Shown piece by piece: positions 24,509 to 36,350 of a stretch of DNA of 64,000 nucleotides (positions are counted from its first letter, which is position 1; each line of letters opens with the position of its first letter). The notes below the pieces were generated by a model. It was given only the letters and a program-made list of their open reading frames with translations, was not told the DNA's origin and made no database searches. A program made the translations under genes and the position numbers. Origin of the DNA: Neoechinorhynchus agilis (taxonomy: Eukaryota > Animalia > Acanthocephala); assembly GCA_051530055.1 (NCBI GenBank), contig CM121343.1, positions 32,389 to 96,388 of the forward strand, written 5' to 3'.

Positions 24509-24599
24509 ATTCTCAATGGCGAATTGTTACACTGGCCTCCTTCTCAAGCATTGTTTGTGAGGTTTAAGCTCGAGTGTGTAACAATTCGCCATTGAGAAT
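24509..24599. repeat. Inverted repeat with perfect 24-bp arms (MITE-like)
   Basis: ATTCTCAATGGCGAATTGTTACAC at 24509-24532 and its reverse complement at 24576-24599. Confidence 0.8.
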
Positions 24600-25802
24600 G
24601 CACATCCAGTCGAAGGAACAATTGGATAGAATAAATTATAATGTTCAAATATTCTAATTTTCTTAAACAAAAAATCAAATTTTTATATAGAAATTGTTAT
24701 TAATGCAGAATATAGGCACTTAATTTTTGAATTTGATTTAAATCAACGCAAATGGCATAGGTTGTTTTAATAAGAGGCCAGCATTTTTAATTGACGATAA
24801 TCGTACCATTTCAGTCAATATTCTAGTGGAAAATATTCCATGATTAAAAGAAACAATATTTATACGAAGAAATCCTAGCGCTAAATCAAGCTGATTTTAG
24901 GATCCTAAAGGATTATTTTTTACAAAGGCTTTACCAAGAATACGCCGCGTGATAGCGAATTTAAACGGACGAGTGGGCGCGAGGTACACATTTAAAAATT
25001 CCGACCGTGAATTTGTGAAAATTTTTCTTCATTCTTAAACTTGTGCGATAAAGCATTGAGCGGAAAACAGTGTTTTTTAAAACCAACAATTTAACATTTA
25101 GAAAAATGGCATAAAAGCATAGGAATACCTTAAAGATCAAATTATTTTTAAATATTCAGAAAATTTCATTATATACAAAAATGTGTCTAATAACGAGAGC
25201 GGGATCGTTTGTTTTAGAACTTTGGAATATATTCGAAATATCTAAGAAGTACAAGGTTCCGAATTGAAAAACGTTGCGTATAAATGTTTAATAAGGTATA
25301 TTCACATCGTTCAAACAGCAAAATACCTCATAGGTTCAAATAGGATATTCCGAGCATTTAGAAGGGTATTATTGGCCACTTGCATTTTCAGAATGATTTG
25401 GGAGAGCATTTTGACGTCAAAAGCGAAGAAACCCGAACATAAGAACAATCCAAGGAAGCCTCTCGATATAAATCAGGGCATTTCCGTTGAAACGAGCGAT
25501 ATGAATTTAGAAAGAATTTTAGTTAAATCCGATTGGTTTCGGAGGCACAATCTTGTACGCGTTTATCAAGGTTTCTTGGATCCGTTCAACGAGGTATTTC
25601 GCAGAACTACGGAATGTACAAAAGTGGGCAGTGTGCCTAAGGAACAAAATTATCATCCGTGAAAAAGGACACATAGATTGAATTCGAAAGAGCGTTTAAA
25701 AATATTGAACTATTTTGAAGCTTGTTTATAGTGTATAAAATTTGAATGAACTTATTAAATCGGATATTAAGTAGCCCATTATCCTCGGGGTAAATTTGAT
25801 TG

Positions 25803-25933
25803 TACGTTTTTCGAATCCTGTCTTCGGTGTTGTCGTTACTCATTTATTTGAGAAATACTTCAAGGAAAACCCTGCGAAATATTTCTCAAATAAATGAGTA
25901 TTGACAACACCGGGGACGGGATTCGAAAAACGT
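25803..25933. repeat. Foldback inverted repeat with about 55-bp arms
   Basis: TACGTTTTTCGAATCC...TACTCATTTATTTGAGAAATA pairs with TATTTCTCAAATAAATGAGTA...GGATTCGAAAAACGTA, with a few mismatches. Confidence 0.8.
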
Positions 25934-26352
25934 AAAGTTATGATAATTCCGAAATTTTCCGCCATAAGCATTTAAAAAACGGAAGAATTTTGACAAATAT
26001 GTTTGGAAGATCACGCGTGTGATTCTAGGCAAGGGGTGTTTTCTTAGGTTGATTCGGCGATCATACAAGTGACGTGAGAGCAAGCTGGAAGAATTGTATG
26101 ACGCTAAGCTTCACGGTGCTGCTCACTGGTGGTTGTAATGCTTGAGTCCGTTTCAAGGATGGTCTGTAGTTGGGAGTATTTTAATGTGGTCGCTGATTTT
26201 TTTGTGGTTGTTATTGTTTCAAGTTGCTTTCGTTAGTTTTTGAGGTGAGAGCGCGAGAAGAGTGTTATGGAAAATGAAACATGTTTGCTTGGTCTTATTT
26301 TTCGAATCTTTAATATGAAAATAACAATTTTATCGTCTTTAGACAGTGCCTT

Positions 26353-28833
26353 ATGAGCAAGAAACGTGATGATAAACGGCACAGTCATCACCGAGATGGG
26401 AAACGAAGGAAGAGGAGTAGATCGCCGAATTACTCTGAAGTGGATAGACAACGGAAGCGGCACAAACACCGTCGGAGTTGCCGAAAAGGGCGAGAACCGA
26501 CTATTGAGCACCAGATGAGTTTGTCTCCAGCGCCACCCAAACGAACGGACGATGTGCCATTTTTCGGCAATGCTTCATTGGTGGATTCAATAACGACGGT
26601 GGCGTCGGACGCGCCTTTGCCCAGTGATATGTCTCCCATTGAAATTCCTCCGGCTGATCCGGCAATCTTGTCATTGATCCCAGAGCGCACATCCATCCCC
26701 CCTCCACTTATGTCACTGGACATCCCACCTCCCCCGGAAAGAAAACGGAAATGCCGAAAATCCCGGTGGCTGGGTGGGGAGAATGATAAAACGTGCATTC
26801 CCGGCATGCCAACCAGCATTCCGAATAATTTGACCTCAGAACAAGAGAGAATCTATATACTCCAATTGCAGATCGAGGAGATCACATATCGATTGAGATT
26901 GTTAGATCAAGGAGTAGACGCTTCAGCCGTTCAGGCAGGTGCATCTACCAACTCTCAACTTACATCGACATCGTCGCCGGCGGCGGCGGCGGCGGCTACA
27001 ACACCGTCCTCGTCCAACACCATCTCGAAATCGACAGTAAGGTCACCATCGCCGGATCCCGTCTATGATTTACAAGGTCGCCGGACAAATACTCGGGAAT
27101 CTCGATTGAAAAAACGATTGGAAGAAGAAAGACACGTTCATGTCCAAAGGCTTCTTAAGTTAAAGCCTGAATACAAACCCCCAATCGACTACAAACCGGT
27201 TGTTCCTAAATACGTTGAAAAGATACCGATCCCCCAAACGGATTATCCCGAGATTAATTTCCTTGGGATACTTATTGGACCTCGTGGGAATAGCCTTAAA
27301 AAACTCGAACAGGACAGTGGAGCTAAGATAGTCATTCGAGGACGTGGATCATCTAAGGATATCCGGATAACCCCCGAAGAAGGTGACTGTGACGTACTCC
27401 ATGCTCAAATTACAGGATCGAGTCTTGAAGTTGTGCAATTGGCTAGTGCAAAGATTCGAGAGGTAATCCGAAAGGGAATCGAAGAACCCGAGACGTTAGA
27501 GGAGAGGCGGAAAACGCAATTGCGAGAATTAGCAATTCTTAATGGCACCTTTAGAGAGAACGAAACACTTGATCGTCTAAAGTTACTTGCAGAAGCTGAA
27601 TCAATCGTCACGAATACTATTGTTTGTGCTATTTGTGGAGCTGTCGGGCATGTAGCCGCCGATTGTCTTAAAAAAGGGGACGAGCTTGAACCTTTTAACC
27701 CTAAAAGTGATCCAGAATATAAAGCTTTAATGGAAGAACTTGGAACAGACGTGTGTCCCGATCTTATTGGACGAGAGTACGCTCTCTTGAAGGGTATTGA
27801 TTGTCTTAGAACCGAATGCCTTTCAGGGCGAATTAAGAGTGGGAAGGTGGAGCCGTTGTTAGCCCTCCCAGCAAGCGAATCAGACCGAGATGGCCGCATT
27901 AACTGTGTCGTCACTAAGAAGAATGCAATGGAGCAATCACAGCAAGACATGGCATCGCTTGTTCTGACTTCAATGAAACTCAGCAACTCCAATCTGCCTG
28001 AGCATATCGAACGTTTCGATTTTAACATTGGCCTTGATGCTCAACGCGTGGAGGCACGTGAGCCCTTTTTGCCCGTCTCGAAAACAACCACTACTGTCAT
28101 CAATGGCCCAGAACAAGTTAATTTTGAACAATTTATGGTGAACACGAATCATGAAGTAGATGAAGACGATCCTTTTGGCTGTAGAGCTGCAGGTATAGAT
28201 CCGATTGCTGTTGGTCTTGTCGCTGATCCCGTCTCTATTAAACAATCGAATGCTGTCAGTCTTCAGCCTCATTTAGCTGCCGCATTGGCTGCATTCTCTC
28301 CAAATAACACATCGGTCGACCCAATGGCTACCGGCAATCATTCAAAAATGCCGCTTCCCAATTCCTTTCAGTATATGATGACTGGTCATGCCGGAAATTT
28401 TAACCCTTGTGCCGTGACTCCAGGACCGCCCCCGCCAATATTCCAACCTCATCAGCAACCTAGCGAACCTACGCTTCCTTCACACAATCCACCGCCGTAC
28501 TCGTATATGGCAAACTTTCTTCAGCATTATATGAACGCCGCGGCAACATTTTCTTACCAAACCCCGCGGTTGGCCACCAATCAACAGGCGACACGTTGCA
28601 GCGATCCGCAGCCGCAGCCGCCTCCTCCTCAGCTTCGTCGATCAGCATCGCCAACAACTACTCAAGCGGCCAACGGATCGTATGCTGCAGCGTTCGCCGC
28701 TGCCGCAATGACAAATGCATTGCCCACGTCGCATCAGATGCTGTCCACTTGGTTCAAATCAAAAGAAGAGAATAATCCCAATCCGTATGCAAACTGCTCT
28801 CGAGCAGAAGACGAGCGATATGTACAGCACTAG
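26353..28833 (+). CDS. SF1: Splicing factor 1 / branchpoint-binding protein, 826-aa single ORF
   Basis: ULM RKRKCRKSRW, RSPSPDPVYD, KH-QUA2 (INFLGILIGPRGNSLKKLEQDSGAKIVIRGRGS), zinc knuckle CAICGAVGHVAADC and a Pro-rich tail. Confidence 0.95.
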   Translation: MSKKRDDKRHSHHRDGKRRKRSRSPNYSEVDRQRKRHKHRRSCRKGREPTIEHQMSLSPAPPKRTDDVPFFGNASLVDSITTVASDAPLPSDMSPIEIPPADPAILSLIPERTSIPPPLMSLDIPPPPERKRKCRKSRWLGGENDKTCIPGMPTSIPNNLTSEQERIYILQLQIEEITYRLRLLDQGVDASAVQAGASTNSQLTSTSSPAAAAAATTPSSSNTISKSTVRSPSPDPVYDLQGRRTNTRESRLKKRLEEERHVHVQRLLKLKPEYKPPIDYKPVVPKYVEKIPIPQTDYPEINFLGILIGPRGNSLKKLEQDSGAKIVIRGRGSSKDIRITPEEGDCDVLHAQITGSSLEVVQLASAKIREVIRKGIEEPETLEERRKTQLRELAILNGTFRENETLDRLKLLAEAESIVTNTIVCAICGAVGHVAADCLKKGDELEPFNPKSDPEYKALMEELGTDVCPDLIGREYALLKGIDCLRTECLSGRIKSGKVEPLLALPASESDRDGRINCVVTKKNAMEQSQQDMASLVLTSMKLSNSNLPEHIERFDFNIGLDAQRVEAREPFLPVSKTTTTVINGPEQVNFEQFMVNTNHEVDEDDPFGCRAAGIDPIAVGLVADPVSIKQSNAVSLQPHLAAALAAFSPNNTSVDPMATGNHSKMPLPNSFQYMMTGHAGNFNPCAVTPGPPPPIFQPHQQPSEPTLPSHNPPPYSYMANFLQHYMNAAATFSYQTPRLATNQQATRCSDPQPQPPPPQLRRSASPTTTQAANGSYAAAFAAAAMTNALPTSHQMLSTWFKSKEENNPNPYANCSRAEDERYVQH

Positions 28834-29344
28834 GAGGATTTGTCCGTTTGCGCTATAATAAATCTTCTTCTTGGAGATCGGGATAAGTTTAATCGTGATT
28901 ATTTGTGCTCCTCATATTAAATCTGCATCATTGCTTTAAATTATAATCAAACTTCAGTTCGGTCCACGCGACTATTTAAACTCACACGTACTTTAAAGTA
29001 TTAAAATGGTTTTCTCACAACTTAAGATTAACGACGCCAACACATAGATCAAAATATGGTACGAGAAAAAGAAGCAACGCGTCGTAATCTCAACTTTTAA
29101 TAAATAGTAAATCATACGAGCCGTGTTGAGAGGCAACACTGCAAGCATTCGGGCGACAATTGAGGACGGCTAGGCATTTTTTGCCGGATAAAGTTTTCCT
29201 CCAAGATTTTGATAAATAGATTCTAAGATTTTATTGGATATTTCGATCCACTATCTCGGATCTTCTTCAGCGATTGCTTGTAAGTATTCTACTATTTAAG
29301 TTGGAAATATATTTAAAAACCAACCAAAATCACTTTTACAATTA

Positions 29345-29645
29345 TTGAAAACTTCATGGATAGCGAGTGCCGCCGAAAGGAGGAAAGCGGAGAAATACAA
29401 TGAGCTCAAACAAAATTACATTTTCCTTCCTTTCGGCGTGGAAACACAAGGGGCGCTGGGATCTTCGGCACGAAACTTTTGTGCCGAACTCGGACGACGA
29501 CTTGCAGCACAAACAGGGGAGCAACGCGAGAGGATTTTCCTGATCCAAAGAATAAGCCTCGCAATCCAACGAGGAAATGCGGTCAGCGTCCGGGGGACGA
29601 TTTAATTTTAAATAAAATAAAAACATTTTTAAATTAAAAAAAACA
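29345..29645 (+). mobile_element. 5'-truncated CRE-like RLE 3' fragment with an A-rich tail
   Basis: AERRKAEKYNEL...FLPFGVETQG...ISLAIQRGNAVSV, followed by an A-rich tract. Confidence 0.85.
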
Positions 29646-30039
29646 TAAAAAAGGAGAACCAAAGAACTTATGATAAAGCAAATATACGTCTAAGCTCTAC
29701 CTTTAAAAAGGCAAACTTAAAACAGAGAGCGAGTAGTAAAATCGTAATTATACTTCGCGTACTGATCACATTCTAAAGTATTTTTGAAGTGATTATCCTT
29801 ACAGGACTGATTTCTCCTTGGGAGCCTTCTCGGGGAGGTATCTGAGAATTCGGACGGGGATACGGATACAAACTCTTTACCGCATCGTATGGTTCAGCAG
29901 TGTACTAAGTATGTCGATATGTGAGGAGGTCTTCACAGCTGATTTATTGAACGTCCTGGTGCTCTCTTAAATGCTTCCTTGAATCGTAACTTTGTTACGT
30001 TATTGATCCGCTCCTTTTTTAGGGTACTATTTTTTAATC

Positions 30040-30112
30040 ATAACATAATAAAGTACAAAACGTGCAATCACCACCGTCCGCAAAATTGGAACTTCTCTCC
30101 TTCCTCGGCTGT
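30040..30112 (-). mobile_element. 3'-end fragment of the same CRE subfamily as 8940-9030
   Basis: AATAAAGTACAAAACGTGCAATCACCACCGTCCG...CTTCTCTCCTTCCTCGG is near-identical to 8960-9021. Confidence 0.8.
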
Positions 30113-30117
30113 GATTA

Positions 30118-30334
30118 GAATTATTGTGTTTAGAAGTCTTCACCTAGTAAACAGTTTCTCAGAGACGTTCTGCCAACCTCGTCGGGTTAATCATCAGTTA
30201 TATAAAAAGAAGTGGATGAGTGCGAAATAATTACTCATCCACTTCTTTTTATATAACTGATGATGAACCCGACGAGGTTGGCAGAACGTCTCTGAGAAAC
30301 TGTTTACTAGGTGAAGACTTCTAAACAATAATTC
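30118..30334. repeat. Foldback element with about 103-bp near-perfect arms and an 11-nt loop; each arm carries a degenerate Penelope hammerhead-like motif
   Basis: Left arm 30118-30221, right arm 30233-30334. Right arm CTGATGATGAACCCGACGAGGTTGGCAGAACGTC (30257) matches the motif at 39909. Confidence 0.9.
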
Positions 30335-31299
30335 CAGGCTATTAAGTGATTCAATCACTTAGACTGATCAAAGATGTCGGTGAGCTCTTTGTGACCAACA
30401 GAAATCAGTCATGTCGGGATGTTCACTTTAAAATACACTTTAGAAGAATTAACTTATAAAATTGTGCTAAGGCTGATCAATTCAACCACGCTTGACCGTA
30501 GTGGAGGGGAATTACCTAAACAGAGCTATTCCGGTCTAGAAGGGACTGTGGTGGAGGTAGCCGGTTGCTGGGGACGGGGATGCGTACAAATACGGTCATG
30601 GGTATTGAGCGGATTGCGTACACCCATAAATCAGCCGTGTTTGATAAAAGATCATCTTACTACGCTTTTGGTTAAAGTCTGCAGCCGTCAATCCTCCCAG
30701 CCAAGCGACCAATGTCCCCAATCCCTGTTGTTGTTTTCATAATGATAGGCCATATATAACAAATCGAGATAAAGGAGTACCGTTCGGATCGACGAAGACG
30801 GACGGAATGTCCCACCCAAGGAAATTACGTGGCCAACGACGACCCTTCCGGTAATGTCCACAAACACTAACCTGGTTACGGATGATGATGATGATGATGG
30901 AGTAACATAGATATGGTTGAATGATAAGGGTTTACATTTGCATCTCCAAGATGGAGCGACAATGAGTACTTAATCACAGTCTCCAACATGCAACCTATAA
31001 AACGCTAACAATCATATATAGACTTTGTCGCTCTGCCAACCTTATTTTAAAAATCCACTAGGCTAAAAGTGTAGGCCGATTCGTACACGAACCAAAACAA
31101 AGGCAGAATTTATCTCCTAAAATATACCACGAATTGCGACATTATCCCATTTGTTGCGATCTCATAAGTCGTATTTTTCGTCGCATTGCTTGTACGTTTT
31201 ATACTCAATAAAAGATCGCCCACGCCCAAATAAAGTCACTTTTTAAGAAACCTACAAAAATTCCCAAAAACCTGCTTGTTGATTAAAATCCGAAATATT

Positions 31300-31520
31300 C
31301 AAGAATAATCATCGACTGAGAAAATCTTTCGGGATAATCTTGGTGGTATGGTATATTCGATTTATTTGAAATATTTCGAAGGAGGTAACCTCGCCCCTTC
31401 AGTCATTTAAAAAATAACTTTTCAGATTATGTGTTCTATGGCTCGAGTGCACTCGGAATCGCCAAAGACCCTGAATTTTAACACGTCGCTGGCTGGAAGT
31501 TTCAAGCTAAAGGTTTGTTT
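31300..31520 (-). repeat. Dispersed repeat (paralog at about 35380-35640) carrying a minus-strand hammerhead-like motif at 31370-31402
   Basis: Shared blocks ATATTTCGAAGGAGGTAACCTCGCC and TTTAACACGTCGCTGGCTGG.AGTTT.AAGCTAAA. The reverse complement reads tgaCTGAAGG...GAAATATTtca. Confidence 0.7.
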
Positions 31521-31652
31521 TCTTCCAAGAAAGTGTCCTTTTTCTCGGTTATCAAAAAAATTGTTAAAATTCGAAGAAAAAATCAACAAGGGACTGGTTT
31601 TATTTTCACGAACCATCAGCCGCGTTTTCACCCACGAATGTGTTAAAAATCG

Positions 31653-33887
31653 CTAATTATTACCATTCCTTGCAGGATCCGCCTCTCCTTGGTTCGGATC
31701 AGCTGCGGGTTGTGTACTCGTCGGCTGATGTGATTGTTGCACACGGATTAGTGGCGGTGGATTCAATACGAAAGGACAAACCTGTGACATTTGCTTTAAA
31801 ATGGCATCGGCCTGTTCGTGCATTCCAATACTCCGGTAATACTGTATCCACTGTAGTGTATAATCGTGGTGGGTGGAATCCTGTTGATGGCCCTTAGCTG
31901 GGCCATCGGCACTTACAACCGTTTGATTATAACCGTGACCTCCTCCTACATCAGTAGTAGTGGTCGTCGATTCGGTCAAACCAGCAGTTTTATGGGTTTC
32001 GGTTATAGTAGGTTCCTGACCAGCTGCTGCCTGAGTTGCGGTTGATCCAAGTCCGGACATCATTAAGGTCTGCCATTGAGTAGCCCAATTGACAGTAGGA
32101 TTCTGGTAGAGAATTTCACTGGGGATTTGTTGCCACGTTGGGATATTGTTGACGGGAGCATTGTATCGATGGCGATGGGAAGACCAGTCATCGCGTCTAT
32201 CGTACTGGCCATAGGGTCCTAATCGTGACCCTTGTCCATAGGATCGAGACGGTGGTTGCACTTTCTCGGCAATCATTTCTAAGGCCAGTTCGACTTGTTC
32301 CTTCGTACCCCTTATTCGAAAAACGCGAAACTCGCCCGGTTCACCAGCCTTCATGGCACGATCTGTCTCTACGTGAGCACCTGAACGCCTGTTTATGTCC
32401 TTTATTGTTTCGCCGCCTGATGGAAGGAACGGAATGGACGGGAAGGCGCACGGGGTGGAAAATCAAGTAAATTCGACTATCGGAAGTGCGAAAGAGCAAA
32501 AGGAATCGATCTTACCTCGAGGAAACACTCCCTCCCCCACTTTACACACACACACACGGACACATTAGCTGAAAACGAATCGGAGAAGGAAAACGGCAGT
32601 CTCGAACTCACTGTTCGACTCAATATTGCCCAATATAACACAGAATCCACATACCTTTACCGATAACGTAACCAGCCCTATCGGTTGGCACGTTTTTAGT
32701 TAACTCAATCAAGTCTGGCCTCTTGTTCCCGTATTCGCCATACAAATTCTTCAAACAAATCGGAATTTGCGCTGTTAATTCAACATTTTTACACTTACAT
32801 CCTTCTTCTTTTCCTCGAGTTTCGCGTTCCGTCGTCGAATACCTTCAAGACTGGGCTAGAAAGGGAAACAGAGATAAAACAATGCACTTACCTCCTTCCA
32901 GAATCTCAGTTATGATGGATTTCGCTCGGCTACACATTCAAAAAAAGCAATAAAACTATCAGAATTCTCAAACTCTCCTCACCTAATCGCCTCGCGGTTA
33001 CCAGTAAGAGTGCACAATCTGTCCATATTTTCACCAGCTTCACCCTTTATCAGTTCTTAACGAATTTTATTAAAATCAATTAAAATTCATTAACTTACCC
33101 TGAGCGATCTGTACTTTGCATGCACTGTCCGTTTGAATCTTTGCAATCTTCTCACCTCCCTTTCCAATCACTTATTTCAAAAAAAACGAACAAATACCCA
33201 ATATCATAATCAGGCCTTTTAAAAATTCAATTAGAGACTCACCGAGACCCACAAATGAGTCCGGAATTCTGAGGTGTTCGGTATGTAGCAGCGATGGAAC
33301 CGTCGCTAATTCCCCTGTCACTTGTTTGCTCAAGCCTAACTGCTTGTTTATTTGCCTGGCAACTTCCGCCGCTCTAAAGATAACAAATTTAGAAGCAAAA
33401 CCCATTCATGGAAAAGGACCGCTGAAGACAATCAAAAATCCTCAAGAAAATCTTTTGGGATGACTTTGGTAGTTTTGCCACCCGGTCTGATTCGTCGAAT
33501 TATTATCCGACCGATGTGAAATATTGGGGAAATAGATTAGTGAATTTTTGAATCCGAGGTGTAAAAAAACTAAAAGTATCTTTTCTGCCGAAGAAATTGA
33601 GATATTTCTAGATGACCTGGATAAAATATTTTTTAATTTCTTACTTCATCGATGCGATCTCAGTCGCCGATAGACCTAAGAACGTGATTAGAGAATACCA
33701 ATCAAAAGAAATGCCAACCTTCCTTATTCACTTTCTTAATATCTGGAGGACTATCAGGACTCCCTGCACTTCGCTTAAATCCAGCCGGACTCTCAACCTG
33801 CTTGCCAATCTTAGCAGCCACCTCACGAGCTCTCGCAATGGCCTCTTCGACAGCGGCCTTTTTGCCTCCTTTTGAATCGTCACTCAT
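31653..33887 (-). CDS. Far-upstream-element-binding protein (FUBP/KHSRP-like) KH-domain protein, multi-exon with short introns; exon boundaries only partly resolved
   Basis: N-terminal AAVEEAIARAREVAAKIG; KH domain EHLRIPDSFVGL/VIGKGGEKIAKIQTDSACKVQIAQ; later KH FRIRGTKEQVELALEMIAEKV; Tyr-rich C-terminal motif YTLQWIQYYRSIGMHEQADAI. Confidence 0.85.
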
Positions 33888-34019
33888 ATCTAAACCCGAA
33901 ATAGGGGTCAATGTGCCATCATTTTATATTCCTAAATAGTTGATACGGAAGAACACTCAAAGGAAATGAATTCTCAAATAATCTAATACACTTTTGAACA
34001 CTATGAACTGTTAAAACGA

Positions 34020-34600
34020 GCAAATTAACAAACTTCAACGGCATCGGTTTCTCAGGCTCATATACATGTCGGTGCGGTGGGACAGTGAATAGGTCGGGAA
34101 CTCACGGCCTTGACTGCAAGCGTTCAACTGCTCACCACGCACGGCACTCAAAGGAAACCCTCTCAACGGCCGGTTTTCCAGCTCGACTCGAACCAGTTGG
34201 ACTTTCCCGGAACGACGGTAATCGCCCTGATGGAGCGACTCTCCTCCCATGGTGCTCCGGGAAAATACTGGTTTGGGATTTTACCTGCCCCAACACGCTC
34301 GCAGCATCCCACTTACGGGATACCACCTCAAAAGCGAGAGCAGCCGCCAGCTTCAGCGAGGAAAAGAAGTGGCAGAAGTACTAATCGCATGATGGGCATC
34401 AATTTGTATTCATCTCCATTGCGGTGGAAACGCTGGGATGCCTCGGAAAAGAAGCCGATTACTTCCTCTCATGACTGGGAAAGATGCTAAAACATGCCAC
34501 CGGCGATATGCGATCCAGCAGCTTCCTGCTGCAGCGAATCAGCGCGGCGGTCCAACGCAGCAATGCCGCGGCCATCAAGGAAGCTGCTGAGCAATAATAA
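34020..34600 (+). mobile_element. CRE/RLE-type 3' fragment of a distinct subfamily
   Basis: HGLDCK, RPDGATLLPW, LVWDFTCPNTLAASH, EEKKWQKY, then QRISAAVQRSNAA. Confidence 0.8.
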
Positions 34601-34880
34601 CGTATGGGTAATGCGGATTCAAATAAACATTTAGTTTCGTTGTCGCTATACGGGGATTTTATAAAATTCCTCCGACTCAAACAAATCAGAATAGTGTTCG
34701 ATCTTTTCGAAAAATGGACAAAAACTCTTCTAATCTCTTAGGAAGCATCAGATCTTCTCAAACGGAACAATGAGTTTCTTTCGTAGTAAATCCGTACATT
34801 AAATTTCGTCAATTATTGCTGCGGAAAATAGGCAAATTTTTAAAAAAAGTCGAGTGAAAATACGAGAGACAGTTTACGAT

Positions 34881-35104
34881 TTTTTAATCAGCGAATTATC
34901 GAATAATTGATTTGATAATTTTCAGACTTCTCGTATTCCTTCTTCAGTTTATCTAAAATAAACCTGATTGTAAGTTTTAAATGAGACGCCAACTCACACA
35001 TTTAAAACTTACAAGCAGGTTCATTTTAGATAGACCGAGGAAGGAATACGCGAAGTCCGAAAATTATCAAATCAATCAATTATTTGATAATTCGCTATAA
35101 AAAA
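34881..35104. repeat. Foldback element with about 103-bp arms and outward-facing hammerhead-like motifs
   Basis: The left arm read on the minus strand gives CTGAAGA a GGA-atacgagaag-TCT GAAA ATTA (34916-34947). The right arm gives CCGAGGA a GGA-atacgcgaag-TCC GAAA ATTA (35035-35066). Confidence 0.88.
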
Positions 35105-35445
35105 GCGAAAATGATGAACATCTTTACAATTAGGAGTCTTAATATTCTGATTTTATTATTCTTCCTGCTCTTATTTTGAAAAAAGAGGGTTAAGAAGGAT
35201 TGATGACGTTTACCCCCTTCCCCATTGCAAATTTTTGAAACAAAAAACGGTTTTTTGTTCTTGTAACAAAGTTTCAGTTGCTCTGTTTGAAGTTAGACTT
35301 TTATTCGAGGAAGGTGTGAAAATCAATACATACGATATACTTTTCTCATTGGCCAATAGATTTCGTTATTCATCAACAGAGAAAATCTTGCGGGATAATT
35401 TTGGTTAAAATAATCCCCCGGCAATAGCACATTTGATTTATTGGA

Positions 35446-35481
35446 GATATTTCGAAGGAGGTAACCTCGCCTCATCAGTCA
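35446..35481 (-). ncRNA. Minimal hammerhead-like motif
   Basis: The reverse complement reads tga CTGATGA g GCGAGGTTACCTCCTTC GAAA TATC tc: palindromic AUAU stem III, 2-bp stem I. Confidence 0.55.
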
Positions 35482-35924
35482 TCGAAAAATATGTTTTTCC
35501 CGTTCAGGTTTTACGCTCGATTGCGCGGGATCGTTAAACCCAAATTTCGGGGCCAAGTATTCGTTCGAACACGTTTTTTTTCATGATTTTAGCATTGATT
35601 TTTAACACGTCGCTGGCTGGGAGTTTGAAGCTAAAATTAGCTTTATTTCCTTCCATTGTGTTGGACACAGCGGGGAGCATTTTCACCAAAATTATACTAT
35701 GGCTAACCCGAAGGATTTTCCATTGATGATTTCCAAATATGAATAGTGCATCGGGGTTCGAACGGATAATTAATCCTCGAACTTCGGGTTTGGCGATCCC
35801 GCGCACTCGAACATAAAATCCTTAAGGTGAAAAACTCATTTTTAGATGTCGATCTCAAATAAATCAAATAGGTTATAGCCGGCGGATTATCTTCACCAAA
35901 AGTATATTTCTTTATTTAAAGTCT

Positions 35925-36025
35925 TTTTATTTATGTCCTCGATCGCTACGGCACGTTTCGGCTCTATGTAAATTATTTTGATTTTCGCACTTTCAAATAA
36001 AATAAAAGGTGACCTAGTAAAGTCA
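35925..36025. repeat. Dispersed repeat of about 90 bp, second copy at about 41795-41885
   Basis: TATGT.CTCGATCGCTACGGCACGTTTCGGCTCTATGTAAATTATTTTGATTTTCGCACTTTC.AATAAAATAAAAGGTGAC occurs in both places. Confidence 0.8.
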
Positions 36026-36224
36026 TCAAGAGAAAATCATTTCGGGATGACAAAGTTGGCGATGTGGTTATTATAATCTTCCGATTATCCTCCCTTGTCT
36101 ACGGCTATCATCGTCTTTTGCGACCTTTCCCAATCACAAATCCTTTGCATTGAAACGTTTCACGGAGAAGAGCCCCTAAAGTTTCCACGGTTGATTTTTC
36201 TACCTCTCTTCGAATACTTTTATA

Positions 36225-36350
36225 AGATTTTCAACGAACAATCAAAACGCTTTTCAACTCTACCACCACAATTTTTACCGTTTTCCTCTATCTAAGCTCC
36301 TTTTTCCATACTGCACAATCTTCTTGGATATCATAACTTGAAATGAACCT
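36225..36350 (+). mobile_element. 3' region of a CR1/L2-like LINE that runs directly into the 218/234-bp satellite
   Basis: ACAATCAAAACG...CTACCACCACAATTT and CTCCTTTTTCCAT...CAATC...GGATATCATAAC.TGAAATGAACCT match the reverse complement of 40640-40780. Confidence 0.7.

Noticed and set aside
24169-25843. Possible minus-strand multi-exon gene upstream of SF1
   Set aside because: The ORF pieces have no recognisable domain, and I could not build a consistent spliced frame.
30340-30870. Possible decayed RTE C-terminus or small ORF
   Set aside because: Only vague motif resemblance across frameshifts; not supportable.
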